Shown here piece by piece: positions 1 to 14,813 of a stretch of 64,000 nt of DNA (position 1 is the first letter of the stretch; every line of letters starts with the position of its first letter). The stretch comes from Eledone cirrhosa. Its lineage: Eukaryota. The translations under genes and the position numbers were made by a program. Where the stretch lies: assembly GCA_964016885.1 (NCBI GenBank), contig OZ024741.1, forward strand, positions 248,001 through 312,000, read 5' to 3'. Below the pieces are notes generated by a model that was given only the letters and a program-made list of their open reading frames with translations, had not been told where the DNA came from and made no database searches.

Positions 1-865
1 TCTAAAACAGAGCTTTCCCTACTTTTCACAGTGGCAACACACTTTTTACAAATCTAATTTATCGTGACATTGAATTTGTTAGTGACATGAAATTGACGAA
101 ATTAATCAATAACTAAATAACGTATCGAATCATATGTCATGAATCACCTGATTAATTATATGCAGTGTTGCCAAATCTTAAATATACTTCACAGGAAAAA
201 ATAATCAGGTTTTATTTAACTCTTAAAATCCTAAAAACATTTAAGAGAAAATGTCTAAAAACAGATTTGTTAATTTTTTATTGTATATTTACTAGTGGAG
301 AGATTGTTGCGAACATTTTCTGTTATCAATTTTTAATGTGATGCTATCACAGTGCTATTTTAGCCTTTTCATGAATATACTGCCAATGCGGTTTATGTAG
401 CACATGATATTAAAAAAAATATAAGATAATCTAGAGATTACCAGCATCCAGTGTAACAGCGTAAACTTTGTAAACCTCGGCTAAATTCTTTTAGGATTCA
501 GATTCTTCTTTTAATGCTGAATTGAGATTCAAGAACTGACTTTACCTTAAAACATTTACCAGGAGTGATTAGGATCACTTCACCTGCTAGAAGAATTGGG
601 GAGGAGAAAATGGAGAAAAAAACACGCGCATATTCAGGCAGCCATGCGAAAGAGAGAGAGAGAGAGAACGAGAGAGAGAAGAAACAGTAGTAGCATCCTT
701 AGAGCTAAGTATAAATGACCCTTACTCGTTAAATTAACATGTACGGGGTCAAATATTTTGCAAATACCAGTGAACCCATAATAGAATTTTCATGGAAAAT
801 CAGCCTAACATGGTGTGTAATAAGGCTGGACGTTGGAATTACAGGTATACTCCATATATACTCTG

Positions 866-1160
866 AAGGCGTGTGGTTTTGTGGTTAAGTTGTTCGGCTC
901 ACGATCGTAAGGCCGTGATTTCGATTCCTGAATCGGGTAGCTTGTCTCTTTGAGCAAGACACTTTATTTTACCAATCCACTCGGCTTGCAAAAATGAGCT
1001 GTATCTGTAGTTGAGGGGCTAAACATGTCAGATATCGTATCACATTGAATATCCCTGAGAACTACATTAAAGGTCCACGTGTCTGAATTACTCAGCCAGT
1101 TACACGTTAATTCCACTAGCAGGCAGCTGATTGAATCAACTGGAGCTCTCGTCGTCGGAC
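866..1160 (+). mobile_element. tRNA-derived SINE, degenerate (copy at 15631-15925)
   Basis: A-box-like TGGTTTTGTGGTTAAG and B-box-like ATTTCGATTCC, followed by a TTGAGCAAGACACTTTATTT core. Confidence 0.7.
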
Positions 1161-1228
1161 ACGACATCTGTTCAACATTCCAGCCTATTGGGACTTCCAC
1201 AGCGTTACCCTCAACATTTCTATGTAGC

Positions 1229-1315
1229 ATAGCTGAATGGTTAAACATTCGTTTCGTTATCACGAGGCTCCTAGTTCGATCCCACTGTATGGCATTTTGG
1301 GCAAAGGTATTTTAT
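1229..1315 (+). mobile_element. tRNA-head SINE fragment (related copy at 4392-4495)
   Basis: TAGCTGAATGGTTAA...GTTCGATCCCACT. The same A/B-box head occurs at 4392 (TAGCTGTGTGGTTAG...GGTTCGATCCCACT). Confidence 0.65.
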
Positions 1316-1707
1316 TTCTTCTTCTTCACCAGTATACTTTACCACCATCACCACCATTACCCTAATACTGAAAAATCATCTCTGTTCGTCATACTATGCA
1401 GCTACTAGTCTCTCTAGTCACATGGTATGTTAGAAATATCAGCCAAATCCTCCAAACTCCAAAGGAGTGTGTGTTTGTGTGTTTTGTTTCTGTGTGTTTC
1501 TGTGTGTGTTTCTGTGCGTGTGTGCCTGTGTGTTTGTGTGTGTTAAATATGGAAACAATGAACTACATCCCCTCATCGAGATTATCAGTTTCATTTTTGC
1601 CAAGGGAAAAAACCGCGAAATAATATGTTAAGAGTTACTTCCCTTGCATAAAATTAAATATTTTTTAAAGTGTTGTGTTGTTCTTATATTGTGATAACTA
1701 CACCAGA

Positions 1708-1885
1708 TGTGGTAGAGTCCGTAGGAGTGGAGACTTCTGGCGGTCTTATCCCCCTGGCCACATCCCTACTCACAGTGGAGTTGGCTGTCTTCAGGAGCTA
1801 GCCTCTCGAGGTGGTGTGGCTGTTCCAACGTGTTTCCCTCGCTGTCCTCGAAGGCAATGTTGTCTCCATCCTGTCGGCCGGGACC
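1708..1885 (+). pseudogene. 3' fragment of a CRE-type non-LTR retrotransposon (RLE endonuclease C-terminus); copy at 16473-16650
   Basis: A frame not in the ORF track reads VGVETSGGLIPLATSLL..*..WLFQRVSLAVLEGNVVSIL. This resembles the CRE/RLE C-terminal motifs (F/V)xVETxG and FLxQRISxAIQRGNAxSIL. It has an internal stop. Confidence 0.65.
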
Positions 1886-2513
1886 CAGAGGTAGGTTAGT
1901 TGGTGGTAGAGGATACTGTCTATTTCTACATGAAGGAATAGTATTAAACAAACTTACGGCGAAGGAACTTCTACGTGGTCTCCTAGCCTACTAGAAATAG
2001 CAGGAAAATTACCCTCAAACACAACCTTACTGTCTTAAAAAGACATTAGTAACGCCCTAGTTCCCCCTCACTTAAGAAATTAACAGCTTATCACATCTGA
2101 AAAATCTTTGATCATAAGTCTGAGCTGACCCGGGGTTAAACAACAAATATTCCTACAATGAGCCACGAAAGATCCTCTGTGTAGTTACTTAACATGCTAG
2201 AATTAGCTTATCAAATTTCCCTTAATTGCACCCGCCCGTCATAAATAAAGAAGGATACATTGAACACTGAAATCTCTGATATGCAAAAAGACAGTGTGGT
2301 CATGGCTAGAGCGTCTCTGATCATGCTTGATAAGATTTCACCTTGGAACAGCCACTACAATGAGAACACGATCGCTCGACGTAACAGAAATTGCAGCTAA
2401 ATCTTCCCCAAATTACATCCTATTGTGAAGGGAAAGGACACATTAGATAAAGCAGTCCTTGAAATATTTCTAAAAATGGAATGGTTATGGATGGAATGCT
2501 TTTAATCATAGGT

Positions 2514-2669
2514 CTGCTTACTAGCGACACCCTGATTGCGTGCTTAATATGTCTGTTTATTAGCGACACCCTGGTTGCGTGCTTAATAAGCCTTTTTACT
2601 AGCGACACCCTGATTGCGTGCTTGATATGCCTGCTTACTAGCGACACCCTGATTGCGTGCTTAATATGT
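2514..2669 (+). repeat. 39-bp minisatellite x4 (copy at 17279-17434)
   Basis: Four abutting units of CTGCTTACTAGCGACACCCTGATTGCGTGCTTAATATGT with a few substitutions. Confidence 0.95.
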
Positions 2670-2969
2670 TCGTTTTCCAGCTATGTGCTGTAATTTTCGA
2701 CTCCATAGCTCGACACTTTAAACACATATTCTACCATAACCTCATCTGGTACAAAGCCTTGTGAGAGAAATTTAAGATACTAGAATGTTTTTCAATACGC
2801 TAACGTGTGTATGAGTATATACATATAAACGTGCAAACACAGACACACTCACAGACATACATTCACACAAACACAAACATACACATACACTCACACACAG
2901 AGTAGCAAATGGAACGCTAGCCGCTATAGTTGTTTCACCGTCCTCTTCCTTCATTTTTCACACTCATAC

Positions 2970-3010
<41 letters not shown>

Positions 3011-3577
3011 TTGTGTGACGGACGGATTGAAACTGTATGTAAGACGACCAGACGTCGTGTCCCTGGAAGATATCGCCGAGTTTAACATCATCTGAAACTT
3101 ATGTGCCTTTAGTGACGTCCAAAATGTTTCAACTTGGAAGTTGACCAGTAAGGTCAATAAACAGATGGCTACTGTTCCTGTTACTGCTCCCTTTCAAAGT
3201 GGTAGGAGCACCAAAGGGTGGAGCAATGTATCACTTCCCACTAATAATATTTACAGATGCATTTAGAAATCATTTGAACTTCATTTTAACCTTCTTTAAC
3301 AGGTTTCGGGTCTGTGGAGAGGCCACCAATATGATTGACTGACTTGTCATTTTAACAGTCAGGTGTTTTTAGGGACCTTTTATATTCGAGGTGTTGTTTT
3401 AAAACGGTGATTCAGTTACTCAAAACAGTTAAATTTCCTTTTCTATTTTAAGCTGTACTGTCATATATATACAATAGACAATATCCAACACCTTCAGCCT
3501 CTACACCATAAAAGCTACGTGGCAATACAAAGTACATTTCATCATGGATATATCAATGTAGTATGTGATAGAGCGTA

Positions 3578-3812
3578 ACACACACGCACACACACGCACA
3601 CACACACACACACACACACATGCGCACATGCACACATACACAAACAAACATACATACACACATACACATAGACACACACACATACACCCAAACACTCACA
3701 CGCACACACACACTCACACACACGTACACACACACATACACACACACGCATACACACGCATATACACACACACTCACACACATACACGCACGCACACACA
3801 CTCACACACACG

Positions 3813-3844
<32 letters not shown>

Positions 3845-3920
3845 CACACACATGCATACACACAGATATAGTCACACACACATACACACATACACGCACA
3901 CATACACACATAGTCGCACA

Positions 3921-3978
<58 letters not shown>
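3578..3978 (+). repeat. Degenerate (CA)n microsatellite
   Basis: About 400 bp of CA/CG/TA dinucleotide runs. Confidence 0.95.
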
Positions 3979-3979
<1 letters not shown>

Positions 3980-4720
3980 CAACTGCTATTAATCTAACCC
4001 CTCTTCATAAGATATAATGGCGTAAAATAAAACGTCAAATAAGAATAAAACAAATTCTACTTCGTTAAAAACGGAAATGACATTTTATCGTCTGCAAACT
4101 GTCCATTGGTTGCTCCTGTTTTCCGATACAATTTGATCAAGAGAACCCGGTTAAATTAGACCTTAAACGCAACAGTAGGTAATGGTGGGGCGGAGAAAAT
4201 CAGGAATTGCCAGTAGAACAGGTTAGTGTTGATATGTAAAGCTTGAATAGATTATTAAGAGGTATCTCAATGGATGTGGACGAGTGAGAGATATCAGTCA
4301 GCCATGTCCACAAACCGGTTTCGATATTCTTATTCAGAGTTGTTCGATTTCACTACTTAACGTCACTTTTCACGAGCGGCCGTCAACAGAAATAGCTGTG
4401 TGGTTAGAGGGTTCCCTTAGAAAATATATAGTTTTCAGGTTCGATCCCACTCCCCGGCATCTTGTATAAAGTATCTTCTACTACAGCTACGTAGTGATTA
4501 CGTGAATGAAATTTGGTTGATGTTGTAGTTTATCCTCAGCTCAACCCTCATCAAAAGAATCTAACAGCAAAGACAATCCAGTGATGGCCATCTAGTATGT
4601 TATTTTCTCAGACAAGGTGTATCTACTACTTCCCTATGCTTTCCTTTTTTTAAGACGGTAGAGGTTTTGAAGGAGATTTACCTGCCATTTCTAACTGGTC
4701 AAGCGACTACATAATACCTG

Positions 4721-6825
<2,105 letters not shown>

Positions 6826-9328
6826 CCACCTAAAACAGATCTTTAGATCAAGACGACACCCACCCCATAACGCACAGCTAGAAGAATTTGAAAACCGTAT
6901 CATCAGCATCGTCCGAAACATCAAATTCCGAAGGAATAATACACGACATACTGATTACCTCCGGAGATTGAGCTCCACAATCAAAAGCATGGAAGAATAC
7001 CCGGACTTACTTGTGCCCTCGGACAAAACTGGTAATGTATACATGCTTGACCGATTTACATACAACAACTGCATCGGGAAAGAGGTTAGGAAAAACTATA
7101 GGACCACAGGACATGACAACCTAGATGACGTCAACGCCACGACCAAAAAAATAATGACTGGGCTAGGAATAGATGATAGGACAGAAAAATATGTACTCAG
7201 AAAACCACGGATATCCATTAACGATCATAAATTAGACTTTAGGACTAATCTACCTGTTAGGCTAATAGCACCCTCCAAATCGGACATAGGTAGGACCAGC
7301 AAGAATATCATAGACAGGATACTACCGGTACTTAGGAACAAAACTAGGCTTAGCTTATGGACCTTCACGCAGGAGGTAATTGACTGATTCTGGCTAATAG
7401 ATAGCAAACAGAAGGTAAATTTTATTCAATTAGACATAGCGAATTACTACGCGTCAGTATCACCAGTAATCGCGAACAAGGCCCTCATGAGCGCCATGGC
7501 CAAGTCCAACCTCACTAGGAAGTAGGCAAGCCTCCTTATAGCAGCGAGAAAGACGCTAATTAACTTCGAAGATAAATTATGGGAGAGGAGGGACAGACCC
7601 GACAGTTTTGACATTACTATGGGGTCGAGCGACTCTGCGCAGGTGACGGACCTGGTGGGAATCTATCTCCTCGAAAGATTAGCGGAGGAGATTCCAGGGA
7701 TCGGCGGAGGAATATACAAAGACAACGCACTTTTTACCTTCCATTCCCTAAACCCCAGCCAGCTGGAGCGTATGAGGAAGCGCATATCGCACTTGTTTAA
7801 GCAACACGGCTTATCCGTGATGATAGATCCTAGCACTAAGACGGTGAATTTCCTGGACGTTACCCTGGAAATGAATACGGGCATGCACCGACCTTATCAC
7901 AAGCCCAATGAGAACCTGCAATATGTGAACAGGCAATCGAACCACCCAAAGTCAGTCATAGAAGCAATAGTTAAAGGGGTATCCAAACGGATACACTACG
8001 GACAGGGAAGTTCCTAGCGCCGAAGCATGCGGATACGACAATAGCAGTAGTACATCCATAGGTAGACGGAACGACCCGGAACTAACTTCCAAGAACACGA
8101 GAAGCAGCATAGGTCACCACAAGGACACAAGACCGACAATAAGACAGACGAAGACACACACGGGTGCCAGACGACCCAGTACACGTTGACAGAAGCCCGG
8201 CACGCGCACCACATGCGTCGCGAAAACTGGAACTAGAGACAGGGTAAGGACAAGTACGGCCGTGGAACCCGGTAAAGGGAACACTCGGCCCTGTAGCAAT
8301 GATATAGCCCCGACAACAGCACCACATATCATTAACGAGACTAACAGTAGAGCCGACAATACAAAACAGAATACCTCAGTAAGCGAACGGCGTAACCCGG
8401 ACGCCCACGGTAGACATATAGATAGCGGCAACATAGGGGACGAAATAACCGGCGGGCAAAACCCGAGACGGACACCTGACCCAACACACATTCACGCTAC
8501 TACACCCACACGAAGGAACAAGACAAGGCCTAAGGACGTTACATGGTTTAACGCGCCGTATTCTAAGCATGTATGCAGCAATGTACCAGGCCTCTTCTTC
8601 CGAGCGTTGGACGAGTGCTTCCCGCCGTCGAGCAGATACCACAACATTTTCAACCGTCACACGGTGAAGTTCTCTTTCTCCACCGCACCTAACATCGCAG
8701 ACTACATGGCCAAAACCCGGCCCATGCGGCGGTCGCTACGCCCGCGGAAGACGATACAATCCAACGCCGAGTGGAAATGAGTGGCGGAAGGGAGACCACC
8801 GTGTCGGCAGAATAACACCCAGAGAATCGGGAGAGAGCCGTGGCAGATCAAGGTCCAGGCGTCCGAAATGAACAATATAACGTCAGAACGTGCAACTGCA
8901 GAGCGGACACACAGTGCCCTCTGCAGGTAAGATGCCTAACGAAGGGCCTGGTATATAAATGTGTGGTTAGCACGCACAATATAAAGCGCACCTAGATCGG
9001 CACAACATCCACGACCTTTAAATCGCGGATGTATAACCACACACACTCTTTCAAGGATCGGAGCAAGAGGCACTCTACTAGGCTGGCGGACCTAGTGTGG
9101 GACTTGAAAGACAAAGGCACCCCGTATGCCCTCAACTGGAGTATCGTTCGGCACGCGAATGCATATTCGGCTGGAAATAGAAAGTGTAGGCTATGCCTAT
9201 CCGAGGCCATGGAAATAGTCAGACTGAAGGATGATGCGGTCAACCTGAAATCGGAAATAATCATGAAGTTCAGACACCAGAGAAGTTGCACACTCTCCGC
9301 ATGGAATCCACCGGGCAGCCCAAGCTAA
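6826..9328 (+). pseudogene. Penelope-like element (Naiad-type) RT + GIY-YIG ORF, 5'-truncated and disrupted
   Basis: Motifs LLVPSDKTGNVY, TMGSSDSAQVTDLVGIYLL, GIYKDNAL (degenerate YRDD), VNFLDVTL, SNHP, WFNAPYS, CNC..CPL..C, LVYKC..*IGTT, CRLCLSE. Stops at 7385, ~7523 and ~8993, plus frameshifts. Confidence 0.9.
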
Positions 9329-9970
9329 AGGCGGAGCGTACGCCGACCAGAGCGGCGAAACGGGTTCAAGGGATTAGACACCATACCCTGTTGACTATAT
9401 ATGCCCCGTGGGGTAAGCCGAAATAACCCAGGATGCCTACCCGACTCTGCACGTCACCCTAGGCAAAAACATCGCCTGAGCCGGGACAAGTTGACCCGGA
9501 TTCCATTGATATTCAGTCAAGTGCCTTGCACCAATAAGACACTATACCTCAACCACAGTGACATACTCCAGTATGGCCGGTCCACGCACCCCCCTGCATG
9601 TGTATCTTTTCAGTAGAGTGTGCATACTCTCCACGCATTCTATTTTGTAACACCTAATGTATTTTCCCTATACAGACCCACGTGTGTATCTCATACTTCT
9701 CTTGTGTACTATCACATATGCATACACGTTCCTTCTTTTTTATATATTTTCTGCACGCATTTTCTATGTACGGTCTGCGCATACTATTTACTGTAATACC
9801 ATGAACGCACACTATGTGGCTTTGCGCGAAGATTCCATACGTGGATTGATCCATGTTCGCAACTTAACAACATCTCTGTAGGCACATATAAGAAGGTGCA
9901 CCCTTTCATGTATAGCCCACTGTGTATCTTTATGTGCCGTTATATGTATATTTTTTTTATATATTTTTAT

Positions 9971-10012
<42 letters not shown>

Positions 10013-10014
<2 letters not shown>

Positions 10015-12437
10015 AAGAGGGGGTGGGGGAAACCTAGTGAAGCGTCGAAATTGAAATCTATACAGCAGATTCTAAGGATAGTGTAAGGTCGAAAAAAAGT
10101 GTACTGGAGAAGAGGAGGAGTGGGAGTTGAAAGAATAAGTAAATCGAAAGGGATTAAAAAAAAAACATTATAAAAAATAAGGAAATAAATAAAAACAATT
10201 TCTGGTTACTAATCCATTTCTACAATCACCAAATTTCTCATTGGTATTGCTAAGCTATAGAAAAGTTTAATAGGTGGAGAATGGGAAAAATACTAAATAC
10301 GAGATTGTAGTGAAAGAATGTTATAAAGCCGGCTTTACAGGGGGGTCTAACACCGCTGCTAGATAGTTAGCAATCAGCCAATGCTATCTTACAATGACAG
10401 GTTAATAAGTTGAGAACAAAAATACTAAAATACTACTACAAAAATATTAATACAAAAATACTAATACAAAAATACCACTAAGAAATTTAGAAACCATAGA
10501 AATAGAGCAGCAACCAAAAAGAAAAAAATTTACTGGGGTCTAACACATCTGCTATAAAAAGCGTAATCGGCCAATTCTATCTTAAAATTAAGGGGGAGGT
10601 GGTACTGAGGTTACAGAGGACCGATGGGCTGCATCGGGGTAGACGAAAGGTGAAAAAAAGAGACGAGGAAGGAGATCTTGGGTGGAAGGACTAGGAAGAG
10701 ATGGGGGGAAGAAGGAAACATAGAGGAAAAGATTAAAAAGTTACGTCTACCTTTGTAAGCAGGGGTTACCCCTTACAAAATCGGCAAGTGGGGTATCAGC
10801 CAAGCTCAACCCCTATGGAAGAAATAACCTAGACACCAGTGGAGAGCCGACCAGGAGGTGTAACTGTCCTGATAGATCCATGTGTCCCTCTCAACAACAG
10901 ATGCCAAGATCGTAATGTGATCTACCAGTGCAACGTGAGGACGGACACCTCCAACAAGCTTATATAGGATTAACCGCTTGTGACTTCAAGATCCGGCTCT
11001 ACCAATACCGACATACTTTCCGAAACCACGCCCGGCGACATGCCATTACACTTTCGGGCCACATCTGGGACCTCAAAGATAATAATATAACCTACAATCT
11101 CACTTGGGGCTTACTGTCCAGAGCTAACTCTTACACGGGAGGACGCCGTCCGTGTAACTGATGCTCGGAGGAAACATTACAAATGGTGTTTTCGAAGGAC
11201 CAACACCTAAACAAGAAAGACGAACTGGTAACCGCATGCAAACACAGATTGCGTAGGACTTACCTCGACCACAAACCCCATAATGACCCGTGGGGGGGAG
11301 GGTAGACGTGGGTTGATACCCCACTTGCCGATTTTTGTAAGGGGTAACCCCTGCTTACAAAGGTAGACGTAACTTTTTTTATCTTTTCCTCTATGTTTCC
11401 TTCTTCCCCCCATCTCTTCCTAGTCCTTCCACCCAAGATCTCCTTCCTCGTCTCTTTTTTTCACCTTTCGTCTACCCCGATGCAGCCCATCGGTCCTCTT
11501 TAGCCTCAGTACCCCCCCCCCCCTAATTTTAAGATAGAATTGGCCGATTACGCTTTTTATAGCAGATGTGTTAGACCCCAGTAATTTTTTTTCTTTTTGG
11601 TTGCTGCTCCATTTCTATGGTTTCTAAATTTCTTAGTGGCATTTTTGTATTAGTATTTTTGTATTAGTATTTTTGTATTAGTATTAATATTTTTGTAGTA
11701 GTATTTTAGTATTTTTGTTCTCAACTTATTAACCTGTCATTGTAAGATAGCATTGGCTGATTACTAACTATCTATAGCAGCGGTATTAGACCCCCTGTAA
11801 AGCCGGCTTTATAAAATTCTTTCACTACAATCTCGTATTTAGTATTTTTCCCATTCTCCACCTATTAAACTTTTCTATAGCTTAGCAATACCAATGAGAA
11901 ATTTGGTGATTGTAGAAATGGAGTAGTAACCAGAATTTGTTTTTATTTATTTCCTTATTTTTATAATGGGTTTTCTTTTTTTGGGGGGTACTCCATTTCG
12001 ATTTACCTATTCTTTCAACTCCCCCCCCCCCCTCTCCTCTTCTCCAGTACACTTTTTTCGACCTTACACTATCCTTAGAATCTGCTGTATAGATTTTAAT
12101 TTCAACGCTTCACTGGGTTTTCCCCACTCCCTCTTTGTTCTACCGGCAAGTTCAGCCGCCCCTACCTCCCACCAAATGCCATGATCTGTCTTTACAACAA
12201 ATTTTTGACCAATCCTCTTGACAATTACTATCTTCCCATATAAGGTAATACCCCCTGAGAAGTCGGCTATTTATTTACCAGGCTAAACATTCTTATTTAG
12301 TCCAGAAATAGCCGTCGAAACGGCTTGAGCTCTGTCGTCGGGGTCATACTTGTTCCTATTACCCACTCTACTACCCTAAGTATTGAGTACTTTGGTGCGT
12401 TTTGATCCATCTGTTTCCTTACCACAATTCCTTCGTT
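10013..12437 (+). mobile_element. Second Naiad-type PLE, heavily 5'-truncated foldback: ~0.8-kb inverted arms around a GIY-YIG fragment, then a 3' tail
   Basis: Arms 10013-10801 and 11311-12137 are reverse complements. The spacer encodes CNC..CP, VIYQC, AYIGLTA..FK.R, HIWDLK. Flanked by (TA)n on both sides. Confidence 0.9.
12251..12343 (+). ncRNA. Type I hammerhead ribozyme, core variant CTGAGAA (probably impaired); copy at 27028-27120
   Basis: Stem I CCCC/GGGG; stem II GTCGGCTATTT/AAATAGCCGTC; GAAA; stem III CGGC/GTCG; GUC triplet. Confidence 0.75.
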
Positions 12438-12473
12438 ATATATATATATGGGTGCATGTATTTTTTTATATAT

Positions 12474-13720
12474 CCTAAACGGACGGTAGTCCGTTTAGTA
12501 ATATTGTTGTGGTCGTGTTTTCGTTGGCAATCGTCTGTTTACGACAGTACAGCGCGGCTCTACTTTATTTAACTGAGATAAAACTTATATGAGCATGAAC
12601 AGTAGATCATGGCTTTAAAAATCTAGAAATTTGGTCCAGCGGGAAAAAGTTTATAATCAAAGTTTGCTGATAAATCTTGTGTTCAAGTGAGTGAGTAGTA
12701 AGCGTGACGCTAGGGGAGATAATCCAGAAATGATGACGTTTGGAAAAGTTTAATTACTGCATGAAAGAAATGATTCAAAAATTGAACTTGCCCAATCTTC
12801 ACAACATTGAAAATTGGTCAAAATTTGACAAATCTGACTTCAAACCAGATATGATTCATTTGAACAATGTTGGAAATCTTAAATTGACACAAATGTTTGC
12901 CAATGTTTTTGCCACCTGATCCTTGTTCTATGGCTGACTGACTAATTTTGTGACTTAATAAAATGTCATCATACTAGTAATGCACAATGGTCATTTTTAA
13001 ATTTAAATTTTATTAAATAGTTGTTGCTTGCATTGCCTTAAAATAGTAACAAGAATGTACACATACTTTTTAAAAATACATCATTATCAGTCAAATCAGT
13101 CAAATGTCACTAACAGCCAGGTGGTCGGTAACAACTTCTATAAGATTAGTTACATGCTCACACATTGGATCACCTCTCATCAATGGCATTGGGTGTCTGA
13201 GATAATCGTGGAGATAACTGATGAAGTCACAAATGAAGTGATGGTCTTCCAGTGTGAACAACTCCCTCTATCCATTGATATATGTGATGGCTTCCGATTG
13301 TATGAGGAATTCCATGCATCTGATTTTCAGTGATTCAATGGGCATTTTATCAGAGATGATAAGGTATTTGATCACATTTTGCTTTGTAAGTAAATTGGAG
13401 AGAATCACTGCAGTCAAAGTCATTTCTTTGCATGGGTTTTTGTCCATTCTAAAAAGTTAAAATGATAAAGTATTACTACTATATAACTTACATCTATTGT
13501 TGTAACACCATTGAAATGCACAAGTTTCACCAATTCACTATTATGCACTAATCATCTCAAATGCATTCATGATTTACTAGCTTTGTCATTAAGCCAGTTG
13601 CCTCAACTGGATTGCAATTACACTCAAAAGAACTTTAAAATGTCAATCACTTGTCAGTAATTCACTATGATCATTTAATTATTAGATAGTTGTTGCTTGC
13701 ATTGTCTTAAAAAATAGTAG
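12474..13720 (+). mobile_element. Unclassified insertion starting with a terminal hairpin (possibly Helentron/HINE-like); copy at 27251-28497
   Basis: Interrupts the PLE tail relative to the inverted arm. It begins after a T-run with the hairpin CTAAACGGAC-GGTA-GTCCGTTTAG. Confidence 0.4.
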
Positions 13721-14813
13721 ACCAGATAGAAAAATGCGTACAGCAAAAAAAAGTAATATTGTTGGAATATAAACCTTTAAAAATACAGGACAAGAAACTA
13801 AAATAAAACTTTAAAAGAATAGGACAAGAAACTAAGATAAAACTTTAAAAGAATAGGACAAGAAACTAAGATAAAACTTTAAAGAATTGGACAAGAAATA
13901 AAAAATTTTACAATAATATTAGTGGCAAAATTTTTTTATTCGTTTCCTGTGCTATGCCCCAGTATCTTCTTGATTAGTGCATAATAATTGTCATGCTCTC
14001 ATTGTGCGTTGCCTCTGAGCGGTTGGTTCTGGTTGGGGTTGGTTGGCTGAGCAGTTCTGCTCCGTCAGAATGACCATTGCAAGAAGAATTGGCCGATGCA
14101 GCTGCAGGTCTCCTCCAAGAATGCACTTCTGGTCCCGCAACACCAGACGAAGATGGAGAAGACGACTGGGACAAGATGTCGACTCTGACCACCGACTACG
14201 GCACCTCCCTCAACCACCGGTCCTCCCTCCCTCTGTCCCGTCATCCCTCCAGTCCTCCTGCTCCCCCTTCCTGTACCAGAAGCTGTGGCACGCATTCATC
14301 TGGATTGTCGGACTTGAACTCAAGGACAAGATGCAAGGAGAAGATGGACGGGTTGGTCAAGATCAAGGATGAGCGGGACGACAAGACCGTCCGCTGCTGC
14401 TCAAGATCTGTGCTCATGGGCCCATGTGTCCATTCACATTATGCATGACACATGAGGCGTGTCGCCGAATGATGAAATAGGGGTATGGTTATGGCCCAAT
14501 TGGTGTTCAAACCAGGATCAAATGATCCCCCGGTCTGACGACGACCTCTGAATGTGGAACCCAGAGCCTATGAATGTGGAACTCGATTTTTTACCAATAA
14601 AAATTTTGCCACTAATATCATTGTAAATTTTTTTATTTCTTGTCCAATTCTTTAAAGTTTTATCTTAGTTTCTTGTCCTATTCTTTTAAAGTTTTATCTT
14701 AGTTTCTTGTCCTATTCTTTTAAAGTTTTATTTTAGTTTCTTGTCCTGTATTTTTAAAGGTTTATATTCCAACAATATTACTTTTTTTTGCTGTACGCAT
14801 TTTTCTATCTGGT
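13721..14813. mobile_element. Non-autonomous DNA transposon with ~220-bp TIRs containing 34-bp tandem repeats; copy at 28498-29590
   Basis: 13721-13940 is the reverse complement of 14596-14813. The unit GGACAAGAAACTAAGATAAAACTTTAAAAGAATA occurs about three times per arm. TA lies one base outside each end. Confidence 0.85.

Noticed and set aside
866-935. Functional tRNA gene
   Set aside because: A/B boxes are present, but no cloverleaf forms and it continues into SINE body sequence.
2514-2669. CRISPR-like 39-bp periodicity
   Set aside because: The units abut with no unique spacers, there are no cas genes, and the context is eukaryotic.
3501-4017. VC/HT/YI-rich ORFs here and at 5.6-6.9, 14.9-15.3, 52.3-52.9, 57.7-58.6 and 61.3-62.2 kb
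   Set aside because: These are translations of (CA)n and (TA)n microsatellites, which lack stop codons.
7385-11161. In-frame TGA codons in Naiad ORFs as selenocysteine (reported for some Naiads)
   Set aside because: The TGA at 7385 replaces Trp (VIDWF) and the TGA at 11159 replaces Leu (CNLC), not Cys. The ORFs have other stops, and I found no convincing SECIS.
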